A DNA stretch of 32,000 nucleotides. Source: Formosa sp. Hel1_33_131. GTDB taxonomy: Bacteria > Bacteroidota > Bacteroidia > Flavobacteriales > Flavobacteriaceae. The notes beneath the pieces were generated by a model that was not told the DNA's origin, searched no databases, and was given only the letters and a program-made list of their open reading frames with translations. The stretch is from contig NZ_CP017260.1 of the NCBI RefSeq assembly GCF_001735745.1, forward strand, positions 2,670,001-2,702,000, written 5' to 3'. A program made the position numbers and the translations under genes. Below, one piece after another: positions 19,894-28,233 of the stretch; the stretch's first letter is position 1; the number at the start of each line of letters is the position of its first letter.

Positions 19894-21354
19894 TTATTTA
19901 TCTGCTAATTGTAATTCAGCACTTGTATTTAAATTTTGAATTGTCTGTGTTTCAGGTTTTTTATCATAGCCTAAAATTTCAAGTAATTCTTCGCTTTTTT
20001 GTTGTTCTCTAAATAACTGTGTTGTGATATTTCCATGGGCATCTTTATCAATTATGATGTGTTTGGGAGCTGGGATTAAACAGTGTTGTAAACCTCCATA
20101 ACCTCCAATAGTTTCTTGATAAGCTCCAGTATTAAAAAATCCGATATATAATGGTTTATCTTTATTATATTTTGGTAAATAGATAGCGTTCATGTGTTGC
20201 TCACTATTATAATAATCGTCGCTATCACAAGTTAATCCTCCAAGTAAAACACGTTCATAAGAATCATTCCAACGATTTATTGGTAACATAATAAAACGTT
20301 TATTTATAGCCCAAGTATCTGGAAGTGTAGTTATAAATGAAGAGTTTATCATATTCCATTTTTCCCTATCGTTTTGTTGCTTTTGATAAAGCACTTCATA
20401 AATTGCTCCACCACTTTCTCCAACTGTAAAACTTCCAAACTCTGTAAAAATATTAGGCACATCTACATCTTCTTCTTCGCAAGTAAGTTTAATCTGATTA
20501 ATGATTTCATCTATGATGTATTCATAATCAAAATCAAAAGCTAATGAGTTTTTAATAGGAAAACCACCTCCAATATTCAAACTGTTTAGCGATGGACAAA
20601 TCTTTTTTAAACTTGTATATACTTTAAGGCATTTTAAAAGCTCATTCCAATAGTAAGCATTATCTCTAATGCCAGTATTAATAAAGAAATGAAGCATTTT
20701 AAGTACTACTTTTGGATTGTCTTTAATTTGTTTGTTATAAAAAGGCATAATGTTTTTATAACCTATTCCTAATCGAGAGGTGTAAAATTCAAATTTGGGT
20801 TCTTCTTCTGAAGCAATACGAATTCCGATATTGAAATTGTCCTGAATTTCGTTTGAAAGCAAATCGATTTCTTCATAATTGTCAATAATCGGAATGCAAT
20901 TTTGATGACCGTTATTGATTAATCGCGCAATATTTGTAACGTATTCTGCGCGTTTAAAACCATTGCTAATAACATAAGTTTTGTTATTTATTTTTCCTTC
21001 TTGTTTTAGGGTTTCTACAATATCTATGTCAAAAGCTGAGGACGTTTCAATATGTATATCATTTTTTAAGGCTTCGTTTAAAACATGCCTAAAATGTGAG
21101 CTTTTGGTGCAATAGCAATATTGATAATGACCGTTATAATCGTATTTATTTATCGCTTTTTGAAACCAGTGCTTTGCGCGATTTATATTCTCGGAAATTT
21201 TAGGTAAGTATGTAAATTTTAAGGGTGTTCCATAGGTTTCAACCAATTTATTTAGGTCTATATCATGGAAACGTAAGTGATCTTTCTCAAGGATGAATTC
21301 TTCTTGAGGAAAATCAAAAGTCTGACTGATTAAATCAATATATTTTGTATTCAT
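19894..21354 (-). CDS. speA: Arginine decarboxylase-like type III (alanine-racemase fold) PLP decarboxylase
   Basis: 486 aa with a Lys-containing region CYCTKSSHF, LNIGGGFP, GGLTCDSDDYY and FFNTGAYQET. First gene of the operon, 3 nt upstream of the agmatinase gene. Shorter than enterobacterial SpeA. Confidence 0.78.
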   Translation of the reverse strand: MNTKYIDLISQTFDFPQEEFILEKDHLRFHDIDLNKLVETYGTPLKFTYLPKISENINRAKHWFQKAINKYDYNGHYQYCYCTKSSHFRHVLNEALKNDIHIETSSAFDIDIVETLKQEGKINNKTYVISNGFKRAEYVTNIARLINNGHQNCIPIIDNYEEIDLLSNEIQDNFNIGIRIASEEEPKFEFYTSRLGIGYKNIMPFYNKQIKDNPKVVLKMLHFFINTGIRDNAYYWNELLKCLKVYTSLKKICPSLNSLNIGGGFPIKNSLAFDFDYEYIIDEIINQIKLTCEEEDVDVPNIFTEFGSFTVGESGGAIYEVLYQKQQNDREKWNMINSSFITTLPDTWAINKRFIMLPINRWNDSYERVLLGGLTCDSDDYYNSEQHMNAIYLPKYNKDKPLYIGFFNTGAYQETIGGYGGLQHCLIPAPKHIIIDKDAHGNITTQLFREQQKSEELLEILGYDKKPETQTIQNLNTSAELQLADK

Positions 21355-21709
21355 TATAAATGTGATAAGAAGTTATTAAAACGTGAAAGCAGGAATGCTT
21401 TCTTAAAAAGAATTAATAACTTAAAATCAAATCATAATTTGATATTGCATTTTGGGGACAAAACACAATTTATATCGTGTAGATATATTTTTTACTACGG
21501 AAGTTAGCTTTAAATTTCGGTTACTTACCCAGTAAGCTTCTTTTGAATATGACTTCCTAATTTTCAAAAGACCGAACTTATAAACATTTTTCAATTTGCT
21601 CAGCTAAAAACTCCTATGATTAAAGCTTTAGTATAACAAATTAAACACAAAAATTTAATATTTCATTGTTTTTTATTTTTTTTTATCATTTCCATTCCAC
21701 ACACATTCC

Positions 21710-21751
21710 ACTACTCTCCTACGTCGTTACGTAAAAAGAGTGTTCCATTAA
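21710..21751. repeat. Short repeat R2, copy 1
   Basis: ACTACTCTCCTACGTCGTTACGTAAAAAGAGTGTTCCATTAA matches 30180-30222 with 2 substitutions and a 1-nt indel. It contains the inverted pair TACTCT / AGAGT[GA]. Confidence 0.8.
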
Positions 21752-21845
21752 CATTGTAGAAGAAACTTTTTAGAATAAATTTTTTTAAGAAACTGAAGTA
21801 ATAACTTTCGCTTTTAACCAAAGCTCAAGTTACATAACGCAGAAC

Positions 21846-22112
21846 ATTATAGAACATTTTACAGCAATTAGCGAAATAGCGCTTTTGGGCGATATTTGAC
21901 ATAATTGCAGATATAACGTCTTTAGACTTATATCGATAGTAATTATGTCAAGCTAATTGTGGCTTCGTAGTTGTATTTATTATTGTGTAGCTATAATTTG
22001 CCGTTATGTAAAATAGCCGCTACCAAACGCTCGATTGCTTTATAAAATCAAATTGCTCTGGCAATTTATTTTACACACAATTATCCAACGCTTGTCACCG
22101 CCAAAAAAAAGC
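21846..22112. repeat. Non-coding repeat module R1, copy B (near-identical core), upstream region of the TonB-dependent receptor gene
   Basis: See copy A. Same orientation, offset 5831 bp. Confidence 0.93.
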
Positions 22113-22642
22113 ATTCGTCTGTAATAAAATTCTCGTTGTAAAAAGTTTTCAGAAACTTCTCGTTAGCTTTTCGCAACAGTGCAAAATTTTCCCTTGCTCA
22201 ATTTCTTTCTTAAAAATTTCTATACACTTGCTTTATTTTCACTTCCATTAGAATATTCTTTTAATTTTAACTATTTATATTATGTAAAACAGAAATTAAA
22301 TCTGAAGAACTTTATAAGGTTTGATTCTTATCTTTTTTTCTTGATAAAAAAGAAATCGACTTTAGGAGATTCATGAACACAAAAATAAATATTAACGAGT
22401 GAATTAAATTACGGCTTAAAAACTTTTAGGTTTATTTGATAGCTATAATTCTCTATTTGTCCAGTCAAGTATAAGGACATTGTTATAATTTTTTGTAAAA
22501 CTCGACTATAATTGAAAAAATATTTTTAATAGTAGTTCTTAAGTAGTTTTTTTAGATTTTATAGTAGGTTTCTATAACCCCAAAAAAACTTTTCTTTATT
22601 GTATTAGTAATATATTGCATCTGATTAAAATCATTTAAACTT

Positions 22643-25483
22643 ATGAAAACAAAAATCATTAAACATGTATTTTTTATTGCCTCATTATTACTTATACTGA
22701 ATATTCATGCGCAAGATTCTTCAAAAAAAGGAAATATTTCAGGAGTAATTGTAGATGATACAAGCTTGCCTTTACCAGGTGCAGAAATATTCTTACAAAT
22801 TAATAATAGAATTATAGGTGCTACTAGTGACTTTGATGGTAAATTTATTATTACCAATGTTCCATCTGGAGAGCAGACAATTACAATAAGCTATCTGGGT
22901 TTCAAAGAGATTAAGCTAAATGTAACGGTGGTATCTGGTAAAACTATTGAGATACCATCTGTTTTGTTAAAACCAGAAGCAGAATCATTAGGAACTGTAG
23001 TTGTCCAAACGAGATCACAAGGACAAGTAAGAGCTTTAAATGTTCAAAAGAACTCTGAAAATATTGTAAATGTGATTTCTTTAGAACAGGCGAGTAAATT
23101 CCCTGACTCAAATATTGGCGATGCTTTAAAAAGAGTGTCTGGATTAACAATAAAGACCGATCAAGGAGAAGCTAGAGAAGTTTCTGTTAGAGGTTTAGGA
23201 TCTGCTGCTACTACAATGCTTATTAATGGAGATAGAATTTCTTCAACTAGCTTTAACTCAAGAAGTGTAGAGGCAGATTTAATCCCTGCTGATGTTATTC
23301 AAAATATAGAAGTGACAAAGAGTGCTTCTGCCGATTTAGATGGTGAGGCTACTGGAGGTGTGGTAAACTTAATAACTAGAAATGCTTACAGTAAAGAATT
23401 AAAATTAAGTGTTTCTACAGATTATAATTATACACCTACTTGGAATGACATTAATTATAATACTGCAGTTGGAGTTTCTAAAAAGATGCTTGATGGAAAA
23501 TTAGGAATAGCATTAAATGGATCTTCTAGTAGCAGGTCATTTAAGTCAGATAACATTGAAGCAGACTGGGATTGGTTAGATACAGGAGTTATAGGTGACC
23601 CTACAGATGACACAAGATTTTTTAATGAACTTCAAATACGACAATATTGGGTAATAAGAGATAGAAAAAATTTAAATCTAGGGGTTGATTATGAATTTTC
23701 AAAAAATTCTTTAATTGGAATAAAAACATCACTTTCTTATAGAAATGATTTTGAAAATAGATACAGAACAAGATATAGTAGTATTGATGTTCCGAAGTCA
23801 TTTACACCAGAAGGGATAGTAGTTTCAGAAGGAAGTATTACAACATACACTAGAGCTGGCTCTAGTGAAGGAAAGCCCAATAATTATAGATTAGATAAAA
23901 AAAATGTTATAAATACTAAATTATATGGAGAGCATTTACTTGGAAAAATAGAAACCGATTGGAGTTTTACATATTCAAAATCAAAAAAGAGAAGAAAAAG
24001 AAGAGAAATTGCTTATCGTGTTGCAGAAGGAGAAGCAGATTTATTTGTAGATACAAGAAACCCAAATAGACCTAAAATAACAACCAATCTAGCAAATTTT
24101 AATGAAGAGGCTGTACTATCTAGTTTTACGAGAAACACACAAAATATTGATGATAGCAATATTAAGGGAGCAATAAAATTTAAAATACCATTTAAAAATG
24201 GTTACTTAAAATCTGGTTTTCAATACAGAAAGAATGAACGTATAGAAGATAACAGAACTTTTGATATTAGTCCCATAGTTAATATAGATGACTTTATTCA
24301 GATCCCATCAGAAAACTATCGAAGATCTGATTTTGCTTTTAGCAATTATCAAATGTTAGATGCTCCAGACAGAGCATTTGTTGGCGGGTTAAATATTTTT
24401 GATGATACACTCTTTACTATTGTAGAAAATCTTGAAAACCATGCAGAGACTAGCTATACAAGCGTTGAGAAAGTTAGTGCAGGGTATTTACAAGCAAAAT
24501 ACAATTTAACAAATGACATTTCTATAAGAGGAGGAGTGCGTTGGGAAAGAACAAATAGCGGTTATAAAGCCTTTATTTTTGACCAACTTAATCAATCTGA
24601 TATTGATAATAGGCTAAACGTAGTGTATGATAATTACTTACCAAGTGCCGATCTTAAATATAATATTACAAGAAGATTAATAACAAGACTTGCATATTCA
24701 AAAACTATTAACAGACCAAGCTACTCAAGAATAGCACCTAGAATACGTTTTGGAAGTAGTGATATTGATGATGATAGTGATATAGGAAGACTCACAGTTG
24801 GAAACCCTAATTTAAGACCAAGAACTTCAGATAATTACGATTTTAGTATAGAATATTATATACCAAAAGGATTAATATCTGTAGGCTTATTTTATAAAGA
24901 TTTAAATAATTTTTATAGTAGAGTTAACAGAAACTACACATTGGCAAATGGCGATATCTTACAAATACGAAAAACAGAAAATGTAGGAGATGCTACTATA
25001 AAAGGAATGGAATTCGCTTTTCAAAAAAATTTAGATTTTCTACCTTCTTTTTTACGTAATTTAAACTTTTATGGAAATGCAACAATAATAGATGCAGGAC
25101 TAATTATTACAAATTCTAACTTTTCAGGATTTAATTCTCCAAATTTTAGAAATAAAAGAAATTTAACAGATACAGCCGATTTTACTTATAACGCATCATT
25201 AAGTTACGAATATAAAAATTTCACACTTACAGGATCTATAAATGGCACATCAGCCTATATACTTGGTTATGGACCAACACCTATTCAAGATGAGTATTAC
25301 GACAAGCAAACTTTTTTAGACTTTAATGCATCTTATGATATATTAAAAGATTTAAAAATTTATTTTGAAGCAAAAAACCTAACCAATCAACCACTTCGTT
25401 ATTATATTGGAGAATCACAGTATATGATACAAGAAGAATACTATGATTCTCAATTTGTATTAGGACTTAAATATAAAATTTAA
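22643..25483 (+). CDS. TonB-dependent outer-membrane receptor with N-terminal carboxypeptidase-regulatory-like domain
   Basis: 946 aa with a signal peptide (…LNIHAQ). It has a CarboxypepD_reg-like start (GNISGVIVDDTSLPLPGAEIFL...ITNVPSGEQTITISYLGF) and a plug region (IVNVISLEQASKFPDSNIGDALKRVSGL). A long beta-barrel with alternating-residue strands runs to the C-terminus. Confidence 0.9.
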   Translation: MKTKIIKHVFFIASLLLILNIHAQDSSKKGNISGVIVDDTSLPLPGAEIFLQINNRIIGATSDFDGKFIITNVPSGEQTITISYLGFKEIKLNVTVVSGKTIEIPSVLLKPEAESLGTVVVQTRSQGQVRALNVQKNSENIVNVISLEQASKFPDSNIGDALKRVSGLTIKTDQGEAREVSVRGLGSAATTMLINGDRISSTSFNSRSVEADLIPADVIQNIEVTKSASADLDGEATGGVVNLITRNAYSKELKLSVSTDYNYTPTWNDINYNTAVGVSKKMLDGKLGIALNGSSSSRSFKSDNIEADWDWLDTGVIGDPTDDTRFFNELQIRQYWVIRDRKNLNLGVDYEFSKNSLIGIKTSLSYRNDFENRYRTRYSSIDVPKSFTPEGIVVSEGSITTYTRAGSSEGKPNNYRLDKKNVINTKLYGEHLLGKIETDWSFTYSKSKKRRKRREIAYRVAEGEADLFVDTRNPNRPKITTNLANFNEEAVLSSFTRNTQNIDDSNIKGAIKFKIPFKNGYLKSGFQYRKNERIEDNRTFDISPIVNIDDFIQIPSENYRRSDFAFSNYQMLDAPDRAFVGGLNIFDDTLFTIVENLENHAETSYTSVEKVSAGYLQAKYNLTNDISIRGGVRWERTNSGYKAFIFDQLNQSDIDNRLNVVYDNYLPSADLKYNITRRLITRLAYSKTINRPSYSRIAPRIRFGSSDIDDDSDIGRLTVGNPNLRPRTSDNYDFSIEYYIPKGLISVGLFYKDLNNFYSRVNRNYTLANGDILQIRKTENVGDATIKGMEFAFQKNLDFLPSFLRNLNFYGNATIIDAGLIITNSNFSGFNSPNFRNKRNLTDTADFTYNASLSYEYKNFTLTGSINGTSAYILGYGPTPIQDEYYDKQTFLDFNASYDILKDLKIYFEAKNLTNQPLRYYIGESQYMIQEEYYDSQFVLGLKYKI

Positions 25484-26598
25484 TGAAGAAAACTGTTTTT
25501 TTAGGAATATTTTATTTTATTATAATTAATAAAACTGTAGCGCAAACTACAGATGGCCCTTACATTTTTTACCAAAACAAGGATAATAATTCTGCAAAAA
25601 TACTTCAGGTTAGACCTGAAGTAGTAAATGATACAACTCAATATAAAATAGCACTTTCAGAAATTGAAAATATTGACAAAAACGATGTTTTATCTTTTGA
25701 CGTAGAAGTGTATAATAAAAAAAAAGAAACATTTAATGTTCTTTTACAAAAAGAATATGTAAAAGAGCAATCTGAATATTCTGAGCCACCCAAATTACTA
25801 GCACTATCTGATTTAGAAGGAAACTTCTATGCTTATAAAAAAATGCTAATAAGTGCAGGTGTAATGAGCAAAGACTATCAATGGGTCTATGGAGATGGAC
25901 ATTTAGTTATTGTAGGTGATATGTTTGATAGAGGTGATAATGTAACCCAGTGTTTATGGCTTACTTATGAGTTGGAAAGACAAGCCAAACAATTTGGCGG
26001 AAAAGTACATTTAATTATCGGAAATCATGAGAATATGAATTTAAGAGGTAATACTAAATATGTAAAAAGTAAATACAAAAATTTAGCAGAACAATTAAAA
26101 ATACCTTATAAAGAACTTTTTGGAACACATACAGAGCTAGGCAAATGGTTGCGCACAAAAAATGCTGTAGTAAAAATAGGAAACACCATATATGTTCATG
26201 CAGGTTTAAGTATTGATCTGGTAAATAATCAGTATTCTTTAAACGATATTAATAGAATTGCTAAAAAATATTACGGAAACCCAAACAGAAAAAAAATAGA
26301 AGAATCTGCTTTAGTTTTTAGCACAAAAAGAGGTCCTTTATGGTATAGAGGATATTTTAAAAATATGGATGTATCTAATATAGATATTACAGATATATTA
26401 ACATATTACGATGCAAATTATATAGTAGTTGGTCATACAATTCAAAAAAAAATAAATGCATCCTACAAAAAAAGAATAATAGCTATAGATTTAAAACATC
26501 CTAAAAATGAAAGTGATGGTAAATTAAGTATGCTTTTAAAAGAAAATAATGTTTTTTACACATTAGATGAAGATCGTAATAAAATTAAACTAAAATAA
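25483..26598 (+). CDS. Secreted calcineurin-like metallophosphoesterase (PPP/Shelph-like)
   Basis: 371 aa with a signal peptide (…INKTVAQ). Motifs are LALSDLEG (variant motif I), VIVGDMFDRGD, IIGNHE, YVHAG and VVGHT. Its ATG overlaps the receptor stop (TAATG, 25481-25485). Confidence 0.85.
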   Translation: MKKTVFLGIFYFIIINKTVAQTTDGPYIFYQNKDNNSAKILQVRPEVVNDTTQYKIALSEIENIDKNDVLSFDVEVYNKKKETFNVLLQKEYVKEQSEYSEPPKLLALSDLEGNFYAYKKMLISAGVMSKDYQWVYGDGHLVIVGDMFDRGDNVTQCLWLTYELERQAKQFGGKVHLIIGNHENMNLRGNTKYVKSKYKNLAEQLKIPYKELFGTHTELGKWLRTKNAVVKIGNTIYVHAGLSIDLVNNQYSLNDINRIAKKYYGNPNRKKIEESALVFSTKRGPLWYRGYFKNMDVSNIDITDILTYYDANYIVVGHTIQKKINASYKKRIIAIDLKHPKNESDGKLSMLLKENNVFYTLDEDRNKIKLK

Positions 26599-26614
26599 CA
26601 ACAGTTGTTATTTT
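26592..26614 (+). terminator. Hairpin overlapping the phosphoesterase stop codon (possible weak terminator)
   Basis: AAAATAACAA (26592-26601) pairs with TTGTTATTTT (26605-26614) around a 3-nt loop. It is entirely A/T-rich apart from one G-C pair, and the T-run is part of the stem rather than a separate tail. Confidence 0.35.
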
Positions 26615-26774
26615 AGTTGCTAACCGTTAATACTTCTTATGAGCATATTTACTAACTAACTGTAAATAAGTTACAATATACAATTACTTAATTTAAATAT
26701 TTTTTGTTATTTTTATTGCTTTAATTTTACCATATTTATAAACTAATATTCTTTAGTGAATTAAACAATAAACA

Positions 26775-28067
26775 ATGAAAAGTTTATTCTCTTTATTATT
26801 TTTATTCATTTCCTTTACTGTCTTACAAGCACAAAATAATACATTACAAGATTCTGTATTAATTAAAAAAGGAAGCAGTTGGTCTTATTATGATTTAGAT
26901 TATTTAGAAAATAATTATTGGAAAGAAAAACAACTGTTATCGCCAAAATGGAAAAAAGGCAATGCGCCTTTAGGCTATAACATGAAAAATATTAATACAG
27001 TTATAAGCTATGGAAAAGACTCTTTAAATAAAAATCTAACGGCATATTTTCATAAAATACTTTATATTAAAGATGTCTCTAAATTTTATGCTTATAAATT
27101 AAATATTAGACGAGATGATGGAGCAATTATATATATAAACGGGAACGAAGTATGGCGTACAAATATGCCGTATATAGATAATATTACCGCATATACTAAA
27201 TCTTTAAAAATAGTAAAAGCAAAAGAAGAAAAAGAATTTTTTACAAAGGTATTTACACCAAGTTTTTTTATAAATGGTGTAAACATTATTGCTGTAGAAT
27301 TACACCAAAGAGGTAAAGTCACTACAGATGCTGTATTTGATTTAGAATTAATAGGTTCTAATGATTTTACTTATTTAAGTGACATTTTTAAACACCAAAA
27401 CAATCAAAATGTAAAATTAAAAGATGAGGTAAAAGATCTCCATCATAGAATTCAGATGGAGATAAAAAATGCAGAACTCACACAAATAAAAATAAAATTG
27501 TCTGTTACCAAATATTCATTTTATGTGCTTATTTTATTATTTATTATAATAGCAATTTTACTTTATAGATTGTGGAATTTAAGAAAAAAAGAAAAAAAGG
27601 AATATAAAAACATTATTGAAGACTTAAATAAAGATAAATCTATAAAAGAAGAAGAATTGCTTAGTCAATCTCTAAGGGGAATCCAAAATAAACAACATAT
27701 AGAGCAATTAAAATATGATATCAATCTAATTGCTAATAAAAGTACTATTGCAAAATCAGATATTAAAAGAATCGTACAAAAAATTGATTTTAATTTAAGT
27801 CAAGAGAATGAAGAATGGCACGATTTGCAAAAGCACTTTAATTCAGTTCATTCCGATTTTTTAAATAGAATGAATAAAGAATTTTCACCCTTAACACAAA
27901 CCGAAATAAAGCACTGTTGCTTGATAAAACTACATCTTTCAACAAAAGAAATTGCTAGATATTTACATATAAGTCCACGCTCTGTTCAAGCTTCAAGATA
28001 TAGAATAAAGAAAAAACTATTGCTAGACGAATCTATTGATTTAAAAGAATTTATAATAAACTATTAA
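26775..28067 (+). CDS. Single-pass transmembrane one-component regulator: extracytoplasmic beta-sandwich-like domain, TM helix, coiled coil, C-terminal LuxR-type HTH
   Basis: 430 aa with a signal peptide (…FTVLQAQ). The ectodomain carries YKLNIRRDDGAIIYINGNEVWRTNMP and NIIAVELHQRGKVTTDAVFDLELIG. The TM helix is YSFYVLILLFIIIAILLYRLW (approx 27513-27575), followed by a K/E-rich linker. The C-terminal LuxR-like HTH is LTQTEIKHCCLIKLHLSTKEIARYLHISPRSVQASRYRIKKKL. Confidence 0.7.
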   Translation: MKSLFSLLFLFISFTVLQAQNNTLQDSVLIKKGSSWSYYDLDYLENNYWKEKQLLSPKWKKGNAPLGYNMKNINTVISYGKDSLNKNLTAYFHKILYIKDVSKFYAYKLNIRRDDGAIIYINGNEVWRTNMPYIDNITAYTKSLKIVKAKEEKEFFTKVFTPSFFINGVNIIAVELHQRGKVTTDAVFDLELIGSNDFTYLSDIFKHQNNQNVKLKDEVKDLHHRIQMEIKNAELTQIKIKLSVTKYSFYVLILLFIIIAILLYRLWNLRKKEKKEYKNIIEDLNKDKSIKEEELLSQSLRGIQNKQHIEQLKYDINLIANKSTIAKSDIKRIVQKIDFNLSQENEEWHDLQKHFNSVHSDFLNRMNKEFSPLTQTEIKHCCLIKLHLSTKEIARYLHISPRSVQASRYRIKKKLLLDESIDLKEFIINY

Positions 28068-28233
28068 TGTAATTATAAAGCCTTTAATCTTAATAAAAAT
28101 AAACTTTTAATAAAGAATAGTAGGTTTATAGTAGAAGCAAAACAAATCATATAAGGTATATATAACTCAATTTTATAGCTAAATGTTTGTATAATTATAC
28201 ATTTGTATCTTATATAAACTAAACAAAATAAAC

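Noticed and set aside
22179-22376. 65-aa GTG-start ORF inside repeat module copy B
   Set aside because: The sequence is low-complexity (F/L/N/Y-rich). The paralogous stretch of copy A carries indels and stops, so the frame is not conserved between the two copies.
22380-22642. Possible riboswitch (e.g. cobalamin) in front of the TonB-dependent receptor
   Set aside because: The region is extremely AT-rich. It has none of the GC-rich conserved cores I would expect for cobalamin, TPP or other common riboswitches, so nothing supports the call.
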